Positions 28,582 through 38,393 of a stretch of 53,594 nucleotides of DNA are shown piece by piece. The translations under genes and the position numbers were made by a program. The notes below the pieces were generated by a model, which was not told the DNA's origin, ran no database searches, and worked only from the letters and a program-made list of their open reading frames with translations. Source of the stretch: Flavobacteriaceae bacterium (GTDB taxonomy: Bacteria > Bacteroidota > Bacteroidia > Flavobacteriales > Flavobacteriaceae); NCBI GenBank assembly GCA_002729755.1, contig PBYT01000019.1, positions 51,849 through 105,442 on the forward strand, in the 5' to 3' direction. Within the stretch, counting starts at the first letter, position 1. Each line of letters begins with the position of its first letter.

Positions 28582-29851
28582 TTAATTTTTCCAATCCTAT
28601 ACCTCTAGACCCTTTAATCAAAATACTTTTGTCTTTTATTTGAGTTAAATCCAATTCCTTAATTAGCTCTTCTATATCATTAAACTTTTTGAATCTTGAG
28701 TCAGAAGTATTCAGAGAAGAAAAGATTTCACCAATCAAATAGACAGATTCAAAATCCATTTTATCTAAATGGTTAATAATTTTCAGGTGCTCATCTTTAG
28801 AGAAACTCCCTAACTCAAGCATATCACCTAATATAATTATCTTATTGTTCGGGCTTTCTCTATTAAAATTATCTAGAGCAGCAATCATGCTTGAAGGATT
28901 TGCATTATATGCATCTAGATAAATTTTATTTCCATGGTATTCAAGTACTTCAGATCTATTCGCTTCTGTTTGGAACTTATTTAAACCATTCTGAATTTCA
29001 TCATTATCTAAATCCAAAATTTTTCCAATGCTAATTGCAGAAGCAATATTTGGAAAATTATAATCGCCATAAATTTTACAGCTAAATTCATAGTCATTAA
29101 TTAAAAGAACTAGCTTGTCATCTTCTTTCTTATATTTAAAAATAAAATCTGATGAATTATCCTTACCATATGATGTATATAAAGCACTTTTACATTCTTC
29201 TTTCTGAAGACTATCATCATTATTTAACAATATATGTCCATAGTTTTTTATTAAATACTTATAAAGTTCTGTTTTCCCTTTAATTACACCTTTTAAACTT
29301 CCAAACCCTTCCAAATGAGCACTTCCGAAGTTTGTTATTAGCCCAATATCAGGCATAGATATTTCACATAGATTTTGAATTTCTCCAATATGATTTGCAC
29401 CCATTTCTATAACAGCAACTTCAGTTTCAGGTTTTATATTTAGTAAAGTGAGAGGAACTCCAATATGATTATTTAAATTTCTATGAGTACATAATGTCTT
29501 ATATTTTTCAGAAAGAATACTGCAAATCAGCTTCTTAGTAGTTGTTTTACCATTACTTCCTGTTAAACCAATAACTTTTACATCAAACTTTGATCTATTG
29601 AATTTTGATAAATTTTGTAACTCTTTTAGGGAGTTTTCAACAAATATTATTCTCTCATTTTTATTTTTCAATTGAGGATCATCAACTATTGAAAATTTTG
29701 CGCCTTTATCTATTGCATCAAGTGCAAATCTATTCCCATCAAAATTTTCACCCTTTATTGAAAAAAATATTTCATCTTTTTCTATAGATCTTGAATCAAT
29801 GGACACACCATTAGAGGATTGAAAAAGTGAATATAAATTTTGAATGTCCAT
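28574..29851 (-). CDS. murF: UDP-N-acetylmuramoyl-tripeptide--D-alanyl-D-alanine ligase
   Basis: Mur ligase P-loop GLTGSNGKTTTK and DAYNANPSSM motif. 425 aa. Confidence 0.9.
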   Translation of the reverse strand: MDIQNLYSLFQSSNGVSIDSRSIEKDEIFFSIKGENFDGNRFALDAIDKGAKFSIVDDPQLKNKNERIIFVENSLKELQNLSKFNRSKFDVKVIGLTGSNGKTTTKKLICSILSEKYKTLCTHRNLNNHIGVPLTLLNIKPETEVAVIEMGANHIGEIQNLCEISMPDIGLITNFGSAHLEGFGSLKGVIKGKTELYKYLIKNYGHILLNNDDSLQKEECKSALYTSYGKDNSSDFIFKYKKEDDKLVLLINDYEFSCKIYGDYNFPNIASAISIGKILDLDNDEIQNGLNKFQTEANRSEVLEYHGNKIYLDAYNANPSSMIAALDNFNRESPNNKIIILGDMLELGSFSKDEHLKIINHLDKMDFESVYLIGEIFSSLNTSDSRFKKFNDIEELIKELDLTQIKDKSILIKGSRGIGLEKLIN

Positions 29852-29927
29852 TCTAATTTTATTGCAATATACTAAAGAAATGAGTAATTTAGCATGGGCT
29901 CAAAATTACAGTTGTCAACTATAAAAC

Positions 29928-30929
29928 ATGAAGCAAATAACAGGTAAAACTTATATAAATTGGTATGAAGGGATGCTTCTTTGGAGGAAGTTTGAAGATA
30001 AACTTGCAGCTGCCTATATACAACAAAAAATAAGAGGTTTTCTCCATTTATACAATGGTCAAGAGGCTATCTTAGCTGGTTGTCTTCATGCTATAGAAAT
30101 TGGTAAAGATAGAATGATAAGTTCTTATAGAAGTCATGTTCATTCTATTGGACTAGGAGAGGACCCTAAATATGTAATGGCTGAACTTTATGGAAAAGCA
30201 ACTGGAACATCAGGTGGTTTAGGGGGTTCGATGCATATTTTTTCAAAAAAACATAATTTTTTTGGTGGACATGGAATAGTTGGAGGTCAGATTCCATTAG
30301 GAACTGGTATTTCCTTTGGAGATAAATATTTTAAAAGAGATAATGTTACTCTTTGTTTTATGGGAGAAGGAGCAGTTCGCCAAGGTTCATTTCATGAATC
30401 TATTAACTTGGCAGCATTATGGAAATTGCCAGTGATTTATATAATTGAAAATAATGGTTATGCTATGGGTACATCAGTATCTAGATCAACTACACAAATT
30501 GAACTTTGGAAGCATGGTGATTCATATGGTATTCATTCCCTATCTGTTGATGGAATGAATATCGTTAAAGTTGCTGAATCAATAGATAAATGTATTAGTC
30601 ATGCAAGAAAAGGAAATGGACCTTCTCTTGTTGAAGCAAAGACATATAGATATAGAGGGCATTCAATGTCCGATGCACAACAGTATAGAACAAAAGAAGA
30701 GGTTGAAGAGTATAGGAAAATTGATCCAATAAGTCAAGTTAAAAATACTATATTAAAAAATAAATACGCTACTGAAGCAAAGCTTAAAAAAATTGATGAT
30801 AAAGTAAAAAAGAAAATTAAAGAATGTGAAGAGTTTGCCGAGTCTTCTCCATTTCCTGATATATCTTTGTTATATGACTCTGTTTATGAACAAAAAGATT
30901 ATCCATTCATTAAGCATAAAATAGATTAG
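29928..30929 (+). CDS. pdhA: pyruvate dehydrogenase E1 component, alpha subunit
   Basis: 333 aa with a ThDP-binding region (GEGAVRQGSFHESINLAALWKLPVIYIIENNGYAMGT) and the YRYRGHSMSD phosphorylation-loop-like block. Confidence 0.92.
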   Translation: MKQITGKTYINWYEGMLLWRKFEDKLAAAYIQQKIRGFLHLYNGQEAILAGCLHAIEIGKDRMISSYRSHVHSIGLGEDPKYVMAELYGKATGTSGGLGGSMHIFSKKHNFFGGHGIVGGQIPLGTGISFGDKYFKRDNVTLCFMGEGAVRQGSFHESINLAALWKLPVIYIIENNGYAMGTSVSRSTTQIELWKHGDSYGIHSLSVDGMNIVKVAESIDKCISHARKGNGPSLVEAKTYRYRGHSMSDAQQYRTKEEVEEYRKIDPISQVKNTILKNKYATEAKLKKIDDKVKKKIKECEEFAESSPFPDISLLYDSVYEQKDYPFIKHKID

Positions 30930-30930
30930 T

Positions 30931-32196
30931 ATGGCTGAAGTAATTAACATGCCAAGATTAAGTGATACCATGGAGGAAGGAACTCTTGCAAAATGGTTCA
31001 AGAAAGTAGGTGATTCAGTTAATGAAGGAGATATATTAGCTGAAATAGAAACAGATAAAGCTACTATGGAGTTTGAATCATTTCATGAAGGAGAACTTCT
31101 ATATATTGGTATTAAAGAGGGTGAAACAGCACCTGTAGATAGCATAATCGCAATTATTGGTAAGAAAGGAGAAAATATTTCAAGTTTGATAAATGTATCA
31201 GAATCTAAATCTAAGAAAGAGCCAGATCCAGTGAAAGAGCCAGAGCGAGTGAAAGAGCCAGAGCCAGTGAAAGTACCCGAAACATTAAACACACCTAATT
31301 TACAAAAAGAAGAAACTAAGAGTACAAATACTTTAAAGGACTCTGGTAACAAAGTCTTAATTTCCCCTTTAGCTAATAAACTTGCAATAGAGAGGGGTGT
31401 TGATCTTAGCCAAGTTAAAGGAACGGGTGATAATGGAAGAATTGTCAAAAGAGATATTGAAAATTATAAACCTGCAACTTTTGTAAACACAAATAATATG
31501 ATCATTGCTACAGAAGAATCATCATATGATCTTCCAAATAGCACAATGAGAAAATCAATTGCTAAGAGACTGTCAGAATCAAAATTCACGGCTCCTCATT
31601 ATTATTTAACCGTTGAATTTGAAATGGACAATATGATTTCTTTTAGAGAGCAATATATAAATACTCAAAATATAAAGATTTCTTATAATGATATTATAGC
31701 TAAAGCTGTAGCTCTCTCATTAGTCAAAAACCCTAAAGTTAATTCTAGATGGCATGATAACAAGATTGAAATAAGTGAGCATGTTCATCTTGGAGTTGCT
31801 GTTGCTGTTGAAGATGGATTAGTAGTTCCAGTTATTCAATTTGCAAGTTCAAAGGATATGTCTCAGATAAATACTGAAGTTAAAGACTTTGCGGAAAGAG
31901 CTAAAAATAAAAAATTAACCCCTGCTGAAATAGAAGGAAGCACCTTTACAATTTCTAATCTTGGTATGTTTGGAATTGAAAGTTTTACCTCTATAATAAA
32001 TCAACCAAACTCTGCTATTTTATCAATTGGATCAATTATTGAAAAACCAATTGTCAGAGATGGCGAGGTAGTAGTTGGAAATACAATGAAATTAACTTTG
32101 GCTTGTGATCATAGAGCAGTTGATGGTGCTACTGGATCATCGTTTCTTAAAACATTAAAAGAATATATTGAAAATCCTGTTTCTATTTTAATTTAG
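30931..32196 (+). CDS. pdhC: dihydrolipoyllysine-residue acetyltransferase (E2 of pyruvate dehydrogenase complex)
   Basis: Lipoyl domain (EIETDKATMEFE), Pro/Glu linker, peripheral subunit-binding domain (ISPLANKLAIERGVDLSQVKGTGDNGRIVKRDI), and catalytic DHRAVDG. Confidence 0.92.
   Translation: MAEVINMPRLSDTMEEGTLAKWFKKVGDSVNEGDILAEIETDKATMEFESFHEGELLYIGIKEGETAPVDSIIAIIGKKGENISSLINVSESKSKKEPDPVKEPERVKEPEPVKVPETLNTPNLQKEETKSTNTLKDSGNKVLISPLANKLAIERGVDLSQVKGTGDNGRIVKRDIENYKPATFVNTNNMIIATEESSYDLPNSTMRKSIAKRLSESKFTAPHYYLTVEFEMDNMISFREQYINTQNIKISYNDIIAKAVALSLVKNPKVNSRWHDNKIEISEHVHLGVAVAVEDGLVVPVIQFASSKDMSQINTEVKDFAERAKNKKLTPAEIEGSTFTISNLGMFGIESFTSIINQPNSAILSIGSIIEKPIVRDGEVVVGNTMKLTLACDHRAVDGATGSSFLKTLKEYIENPVSILI
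31216..31269 (+). repeat. 3 x 18-bp in-frame tandem repeat in the E2 interdomain linker
   Basis: AAAGAGCCAGATCCAGTG / AAAGAGCCAGAGCGAGTG / AAAGAGCCAGAGCCAGTG, plus a partial fourth unit AAAGTACCCGAA. It encodes KEPDPV-KEPERV-KEPEPV-KVPE. Confidence 0.85.
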
Positions 32197-32202
32197 GTTT
32201 TT

Positions 32203-32877
32203 ATGAAAACTATTTTGGTCTCAGGTTCAAGTTCTGGTATAGGTTTTGAAATTTGTTCTCAAGCCTCAGATTTAGGTCTAAATGTCATAGCTATTTCAAG
32301 AAATGTTGAACCTCTTAAAGGAATATTAAATCTAAAAGCATTTTCTGTAGATGTGACTAATCAAGAACAAATTGAAAAGTTTGTCAAAAAATTAATTTCA
32401 GAAAATATCAAAATAGATATCTTAATTAATAATGCCGGTTTTTTAGTTAAGGATAGATTTAGAAATACTACATACGAAATTTTTAAGGAGATTTATGATG
32501 TTAATGTTTTTGGATTAGCCACCCTCACAAGATCAGTTTTGCCTATTATTAATAGAGATGGACAGGTAATAAATATTACTAGTGTTGGAGGGTTAAATGC
32601 TAGTAAAAAGTTTCCTGGTTTATCAGCTTATGCTAGTAGTAAGGGGGCAGTAATTACATTAACTGAAGTCCTAGCTGAAGAATATAAATCTCGTCCTAGA
32701 TTTAATTGTCTGGCTCTTGGATCTGTACAAACGGAAATGCTAAAGAAAGCTTTTCCAGATTATGAAGCTAAAATTATGCCTGCTGAGATGGCTAAACAAA
32801 TCCTTGACTTTGCTTTAGATGAGTCCAGCTTAGTTAATGGAGAGATAATAAAATTAGATAAGGGAAATCTTGAATAA
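32203..32877 (+). CDS. SDR-family oxidoreductase
   Basis: VSGSSSGIGFE cofactor motif, NNAG, and catalytic YASSK. Confidence 0.8.
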   Translation: MKTILVSGSSSGIGFEICSQASDLGLNVIAISRNVEPLKGILNLKAFSVDVTNQEQIEKFVKKLISENIKIDILINNAGFLVKDRFRNTTYEIFKEIYDVNVFGLATLTRSVLPIINRDGQVINITSVGGLNASKKFPGLSAYASSKGAVITLTEVLAEEYKSRPRFNCLALGSVQTEMLKKAFPDYEAKIMPAEMAKQILDFALDESSLVNGEIIKLDKGNLE

Positions 32878-32890
32878 AAGAACAAGATAA

Positions 32891-33655
32891 TTATTTACCT
32901 TTTATTTGAATATCTCGGACCTTTTTAAATAATTCAGAGGAGTACACAAAATTATTTACAGACTCATTATCTGTATCAAATATTTCTTGTTTTGAACCTT
33001 CCCAAATTTTTCTTCCATTAACCAAGAAAATTATCTTTTCTCCAATCTCCATAACTGAATTCATATCATGAGTATTTATAACTGTTGTAATATTATATTC
33101 TTCCGTAATTTCCTTTATTAAGTTATCTATTATTATAGCAGTTTTTGGATCAAGACCGGAGTTTGGTTCATCACAAAAAAGATATTTGGGGTTTAGTACA
33201 ATTGCTCTTGCAATAGCAACTCTTTTTTTCATTCCTCCAGAAATTTCAGAAGGCAATTTATTATTAGCATCTTTTAAATATACTCTTTTTATTACCTCAT
33301 TTCCTCTGTAAATCATCTCATCATTTGATTTATTTGTAAACATCCTCAAGGGAAATATTATATTCTCAAGAACGGACATTGAATCAAAAAGAGCAGTTCC
33401 TTGGAAGACCATACCTATTTCTTTCCTTAGGTCAGAAAGATTTGAAAAACTCAAATCATCAAATGGCTTGTCATCAAAGAAAATTTTCCCTTGATCAATA
33501 TTTAATAAACCTACTAAACATTTCATTAGTACTGTCTTTCCTGAACCACTTTGTCCAATTATCAGGTTTGTTTTACCTTTTTCAAATTCTGTTGAAATAT
33601 TATCAACAACCTTTATTTGATCAAATGATTTCGAAATGTTTTCTATTTTAATCAT
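32891..33655 (-). CDS. ABC transporter ATP-binding protein, MlaF-like
   Basis: Walker A GQSGSGKT, signature SGGMKKR, Walker B LFCDEP. The tracked ORF starts with TTG at 33715, inside the permease gene. ATG at 33655 (MIKIENISKSF) forms a TAATG junction with the permease stop. Confidence 0.87.
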   Translation of the reverse strand: MIKIENISKSFDQIKVVDNISTEFEKGKTNLIIGQSGSGKTVLMKCLVGLLNIDQGKIFFDDKPFDDLSFSNLSDLRKEIGMVFQGTALFDSMSVLENIIFPLRMFTNKSNDEMIYRGNEVIKRVYLKDANNKLPSEISGGMKKRVAIARAIVLNPKYLFCDEPNSGLDPKTAIIIDNLIKEITEEYNITTVINTHDMNSVMEIGEKIIFLVNGRKIWEGSKQEIFDTDNESVNNFVYSSELFKKVRDIQIKGK

Positions 33656-34392
33656 TATGCTAAGAGTAATTGAGTTACTATATAGTTGACAATTATTATA
33701 ACTACACTTGTCCAAACAAAAGAAAGAGTAGAAGCTTTACCTACGTCTAGTGCACCACCTTTCATATAATACCCATGATAGGATGGCACAGTAGCTAAAA
33801 TGAATGCAAAAAGTGTAGTTTTTACATAAGCATAAAATAGATGGTATACTCTAAAATCAAGCTGTATTCCTTGAATAAAATCATAGCTTGTAGAGAAACC
33901 TCCATATATGCTAACAATGTACCCTCCTATTATTCCTAGAAACATTGCAAAAGTGATAAGGAAAGGATATAGTAATAAAGCTACTATTTTTGGAAATATA
34001 AGGTAATTATGTGTGTTAATCCCCATTACCTCAAGAGCATCTATTTGTTCAGTAACTCTCATTGTTCCTATGCTAGATGTTATAAATGAACCAACTTTAC
34101 CTGCCATAATTATAGAAATAAATGTTGGAGCAAATTCTAGTATCACAGATTGTCTAGTTGCAAAACCTACTAGATTTCCAGGTAAAAGAGGGTTTTCAAT
34201 ATTAAGTGCTGTTTGAATAGCAACTACTCCTCCAACAAAAAATGATATAAATGCGACTATTCCAAAAGATCGAATTATTAAGTCATCAATATCTTTAAAG
34301 ATTAATGTTTTTAGAACATTCCACTTAGTGAATTTTCTAAATGTGTTTCTTATCATTAAGAAATATGATCCAATGTAAAAAAAAATTTTCAT
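33655..34392 (-). CDS. ABC transporter permease, MlaE-like
   Basis: 245 aa, about 5 TM segments, with the MlaE/YrbE-type EQIDALEVMG motif (TEQIDALEVMGINT). Confidence 0.85.
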   Translation of the reverse strand: MKIFFYIGSYFLMIRNTFRKFTKWNVLKTLIFKDIDDLIIRSFGIVAFISFFVGGVVAIQTALNIENPLLPGNLVGFATRQSVILEFAPTFISIIMAGKVGSFITSSIGTMRVTEQIDALEVMGINTHNYLIFPKIVALLLYPFLITFAMFLGIIGGYIVSIYGGFSTSYDFIQGIQLDFRVYHLFYAYVKTTLFAFILATVPSYHGYYMKGGALDVGKASTLSFVWTSVVIIIVNYIVTQLLLA

Positions 34393-34397
34393 TTATA

Positions 34398-35471
34398 TTA
34401 TACTTGATAAGTTATAGCATTAACATTCATTCCAGCACCTACGCTTGCAAACATAATGACATCTCCCTTACTTATTTTGTGACCTTTGTAATTTCCCTTC
34501 CTTACAATATCAAAAAGAGTTGGAATTGTTGCAACTGAGCTATTTCCATATTCTTGGATATTCATTGGAAGGACATCATCTGGTGGAGTAGTCTTATATA
34601 GTTTATAAAACCTATTAATAATTGCTTCATCCATTTTTTGATTAGCCTGATGAATGAAAATTTTCTTTAGGCTAGAGATATTTTGTTTAGACTTATCAAA
34701 GCAATCTTTCATTGCTATCGGAACATTTTTTAATGCAAACTCATAAACTTTTCTACCATTCATTTTTAAAAATTTATCACTATTTGAATTATTATCTGTA
34801 TCTGTTTTATTTCCAATTCCATAATAAATAAATTCATTTTCACCTTCTGATGTATATGATGCAGAAGAATGAGATAAAATACCTCCAGATTCAGAATTAT
34901 TACCCTCAAGAACTACTGCTCCAGCACCATCAGCATATATCATAGCATCTCTATCATTTAAATCTGTTACTCTTGATAAGGTTTCGCTACCTATTATCAA
35001 ACATTTATTTGCCATATTTGATTGGATGAATGACTTAGCTTGAATTACTCCTTCAATCCATCCAGGACATCCAAAAAGTATATCATAACCTATACACTTT
35101 GGGTTTTTTATATTTAGATTTCTTTTAACCTTGGTTGCAAGTGCTGGGAGATTATCAACTTGCTTACTATTATAAGAAATATCCCCAAAATTATGTGCAA
35201 AAATAATATAGTCTAGTGTTTCTGGGTCAATTTTAGAATCATTAATTGCATCATTAGCAGCTTTAGTTGCCAAATCAGAAGAATTTAACTTTTCAGATGC
35301 ATACTTTCTTTCTTGTATTCCAGTTATAGAAACAAATTTGTCAATTATTTCAGAATTGGAATTTTCAAAGGATGATCCATTATTATCATAGAATTCAGAG
35401 TCTAAAAAATCATCATTTACTTTAGTAAGTTTTGGGACATAGCTACCAGAACCAGTAATTTTAAATCTCAT
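34398..35471 (-). CDS. 3-oxoacyl-ACP synthase III (KAS III / FabH-like) family protein
   Basis: Cys-His-Asn triad contexts FGCPGW, IHQANQKM and YGNSSVATIP. 357 aa, with an Asn/Asp-rich insertion (GNKTDTDNNSNSDKF) absent from canonical FabH as I recall it. Confidence 0.8.
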   Translation of the reverse strand: MRFKITGSGSYVPKLTKVNDDFLDSEFYDNNGSSFENSNSEIIDKFVSITGIQERKYASEKLNSSDLATKAANDAINDSKIDPETLDYIIFAHNFGDISYNSKQVDNLPALATKVKRNLNIKNPKCIGYDILFGCPGWIEGVIQAKSFIQSNMANKCLIIGSETLSRVTDLNDRDAMIYADGAGAVVLEGNNSESGGILSHSSASYTSEGENEFIYYGIGNKTDTDNNSNSDKFLKMNGRKVYEFALKNVPIAMKDCFDKSKQNISSLKKIFIHQANQKMDEAIINRFYKLYKTTPPDDVLPMNIQEYGNSSVATIPTLFDIVRKGNYKGHKISKGDVIMFASVGAGMNVNAITYQV

Positions 35472-35494
35472 GATGTAAAATTAATTAATTTAAA

Positions 35495-38323
35495 TTAAAA
35501 TGATGATAGTGGTGGACAACTACAGATTAAGTTTCTATCACCAAATGCATCATCTACCCTTCTTACTGAAGGCCAATATTTATTTTCTTTTAAGTATTCT
35601 TTAGGAAAGCATGCTTCCTCTCTAGAGTATTTATAAGACCATTTTTCAGATACAACCATTTGTAGAGTATGTGGAGCATTTCTAAGTAAATCTCTAGAAA
35701 TTTCATTAGTTGTAATTTCTTTAAATATTGAATTCATTGCATCACAAAATCTATCAAGTTCTTCCAAATTTTCACTTTCTGTAGGTTCGATCATTATTGT
35801 TCCCGTAACAGGAAAAGAAACTGTTGGTGCATGGAAACCATAATCCATTAATCTTTTTGCAATATCATTTACTTCAATATTTAGTTTTTTGAAAGGTCGA
35901 CAGTCAATTATAAATTCATGAGCAGCACGACCCTTTTCTCCAGAATAAAGTATAGTAAACTTTTTCTCCAATTTTGATTTTAGATAATTGGAATTTACTA
36001 TTGCAACTTCTGTTGATTTTCTTAATCCATCTGACCCCAACAATCTTATATATCCATATGAAATGATACATGCTAAAGCAGATCCCCATGGTGCGGAAGA
36101 AATTGCTGGTATAGCCTTTTTCCCTCCAGTTTTAACAATTGGATTAGATGGGAGATAATCTTTTAAATGATTAGCAACGCAAATAGGTCCAATACCTGGT
36201 CCACCTCCTCCATGAGGTATTGCAAATGTCTTATGAAGGTTTAGATGACAAACATCAGCGCCAATTATATTAGGGTTTGTAATTCCAACTTGAGCATTCA
36301 TATTTGCTCCATCCATGTATACTTGTCCACCAGCTTTATGGATTAAATCAGTAATAGTTTTGATATTTGATTCAAAAACTCCATGAGTTGATGGATAAGT
36401 TATCATTAATGCAGCTAGATTATCATTATATTCAGTAATCCTATTTTCAATATCTTCAAGATCAATATTACCAAATTTATCAGTTTTTATTACTACAACT
36501 TTAAATCCTGCCATCACAGCTGATGCTGGATTTGTTCCATGAGCAGATGATGGAATTAGACAAATATTTCTGTCTCCTTGACCAATATCATTTAAGTATG
36601 ATTTTATTACCATTAATCCACTGTACTCTCCTTGAGCCCCTGAGTTTGGTTGAAGAGAAGTTGCAGAGAAGCCAGTAATCTCCGATAAATATTTTTCAAG
36701 TTTTGAAATTATATAATGATACCCTTCTACTTGATTAATAGGGACAAAAGGGTGAATAGAATTCCACTCTGTCCAGCTAAGAGGAATCATTTCAGTTGCA
36801 GCATTTAATTTCATAGTACATGAACCAAGAGAGATCATAGATCTAGTAAGCGAAAGGTCTTTATTTTCAAGCCTTTTGATATATCTCATTAAAGAAGTCT
36901 CTGAATGATATGAATTAAAAATTTTATGATTCAAGAATTTAGATGAACGTTTAATGTCTTTATCTATATCAATACTAGATGGGAAATCAATCGATTTAGA
37001 TTTTTTGTTTCCATATTCTTCAAATACAGATATAATAGATTTTATATCTTTTTCAAGAGTTTTTTCATTTATTGAAATAGATACTTTTGAATTATCAACT
37101 TTTAAAACATTAATTTTTTTTGATTCAAAAATTGAAATTATTTTTTTGGAATCACATTCAATAAGCAAAGTGTCAAAGAAACATTTATTAAGTTGATTTA
37201 AACCTAATGAATTAATTTTTTTTGATAAAAATTGAGCTTTCTTATTAATGCTTGAGGCTATTTTTATTAACCCCTCAGGACCGTGATAAACTGCGTACAT
37301 TCCTGCCATTACAGCAAGAAGAACTTGAGCTGTACAGATATTTGAAGTAGCTCTATCTCTTTTAATATGTTGTTCTCTTGTTTGTAAAGCCATTCTTAGT
37401 GCATGATCTCCATTCATATCTTTAGTTACACCAATAATTCTTCCAGGTATACTTCTTTTGTATTTTTCTTTAGTTGCAAAAAAAGCAGCATGAGGTCCTC
37501 CATACCCTAAGGGTATGCCAAATCTTTGAGTAGTTCCAACAATAACATCTACAAGATCTTCATTTGGAGGTTCAATAATAACTAAACTCATTAAATCAGC
37601 AGCTATAACAACCTTTATGTCATCTTGGTTTAATTTTTTTAAAATTGGATTATAGTTTTTAACCTCTCCATGTTTACCGGGATATTGAATTATACATCCA
37701 AAATACTTACTAGTTTGAATTTTAGATATATCCCCAATTTCTAATTTAATTCCAATAGGTTTTGCTCTTGTTTCAAGAACTGATCTTGTTTGAGGTAAAA
37801 TATTTTCATCAATGAAGAAACTAAGAATTTTATCAGTTTTCTGCTTAACTGTTCGATTATTATAAAGCAATGTCATTGCCTCAGCAGCAGATGTGCTCTC
37901 ATCTAGTAATGAAGCGTTTGCAATTTCCATTTTTGTCAAATCACATACCATTGTCTGAAAATTTAATAAAGCTTCAAGTCTACCTTGTGCAATTTCTGCT
38001 TGGTATGGAGTATAGGATGTATACCAACCAGGATTTTCTAAAATATTTCTTTGAATTACAGATGGTGTGAATGTATCATGATACCCTAAACCTATATAAG
38101 TTTTAAATTTTTTGTTTTTGTAGGATAATGATTTAATCTCTTTAAGAAATTCATGTTCACTTATTGCATCAGGTAAATTAAGTTTGTGATCAATTCTTAT
38201 AGATTTAGGAAGAGTGTCTTCTAGAAGATGATTAATACTTTTAACTCCAATTGTATTTAGAATCTTTTTAAGCTCTGAAGGGTTAGGACCAATATGTCTC
38301 TCAGAAAAATTTTCTTTATACAT
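35495..38323 (-). CDS. gcvP: glycine dehydrogenase (aminomethyl-transferring), single-chain P-protein
   Basis: 942 aa; PLP-Lys context CHLNLHKTFAIPHGGGGPG; typical full-length GcvP. Confidence 0.96.
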   Translation of the reverse strand: MYKENFSERHIGPNPSELKKILNTIGVKSINHLLEDTLPKSIRIDHKLNLPDAISEHEFLKEIKSLSYKNKKFKTYIGLGYHDTFTPSVIQRNILENPGWYTSYTPYQAEIAQGRLEALLNFQTMVCDLTKMEIANASLLDESTSAAEAMTLLYNNRTVKQKTDKILSFFIDENILPQTRSVLETRAKPIGIKLEIGDISKIQTSKYFGCIIQYPGKHGEVKNYNPILKKLNQDDIKVVIAADLMSLVIIEPPNEDLVDVIVGTTQRFGIPLGYGGPHAAFFATKEKYKRSIPGRIIGVTKDMNGDHALRMALQTREQHIKRDRATSNICTAQVLLAVMAGMYAVYHGPEGLIKIASSINKKAQFLSKKINSLGLNQLNKCFFDTLLIECDSKKIISIFESKKINVLKVDNSKVSISINEKTLEKDIKSIISVFEEYGNKKSKSIDFPSSIDIDKDIKRSSKFLNHKIFNSYHSETSLMRYIKRLENKDLSLTRSMISLGSCTMKLNAATEMIPLSWTEWNSIHPFVPINQVEGYHYIISKLEKYLSEITGFSATSLQPNSGAQGEYSGLMVIKSYLNDIGQGDRNICLIPSSAHGTNPASAVMAGFKVVVIKTDKFGNIDLEDIENRITEYNDNLAALMITYPSTHGVFESNIKTITDLIHKAGGQVYMDGANMNAQVGITNPNIIGADVCHLNLHKTFAIPHGGGGPGIGPICVANHLKDYLPSNPIVKTGGKKAIPAISSAPWGSALACIISYGYIRLLGSDGLRKSTEVAIVNSNYLKSKLEKKFTILYSGEKGRAAHEFIIDCRPFKKLNIEVNDIAKRLMDYGFHAPTVSFPVTGTIMIEPTESENLEELDRFCDAMNSIFKEITTNEISRDLLRNAPHTLQMVVSEKWSYKYSREEACFPKEYLKENKYWPSVRRVDDAFGDRNLICSCPPLSSF

Positions 38324-38393
38324 TAAACATTTTTTGTAAAAATATATATTATTATATTTAATTATTATATTTAATAATTAAATTGTTTATTAA

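Noticed and set aside
31083-31448. 121-aa antisense ORF with a striking GSGSFTRSGSFTGSGSF repeat.
   Set aside because: The repeat is simply the reverse-complement reading of the 18-bp tandem repeat in the E2 Pro/Glu linker (31216-31269). It is embedded in a high-confidence E2 gene.
33656-33715. N-terminal extensions of tracked ORFs that begin at TTG: MlaF-like 33715, glpK 23658, pyrE 9089, ddl 11115, purK 40406, rluD 11776, and the small lipoprotein 18690.
   Set aside because: In each case a downstream ATG coincides with the conserved family N-terminus. The extension would overlap the neighbouring gene or, for 18690, the terminator. I therefore used the shorter models.
38324-38393. Possible glycine riboswitch upstream of gcvP.
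   Set aside because: Only 70 bp of nearly pure A/T separates gcvP from the divergent rhodanese gene. That is far too short and GC-poor to form the tandem-aptamer glycine riboswitch, and none of its conserved G/C-rich cores is visible.
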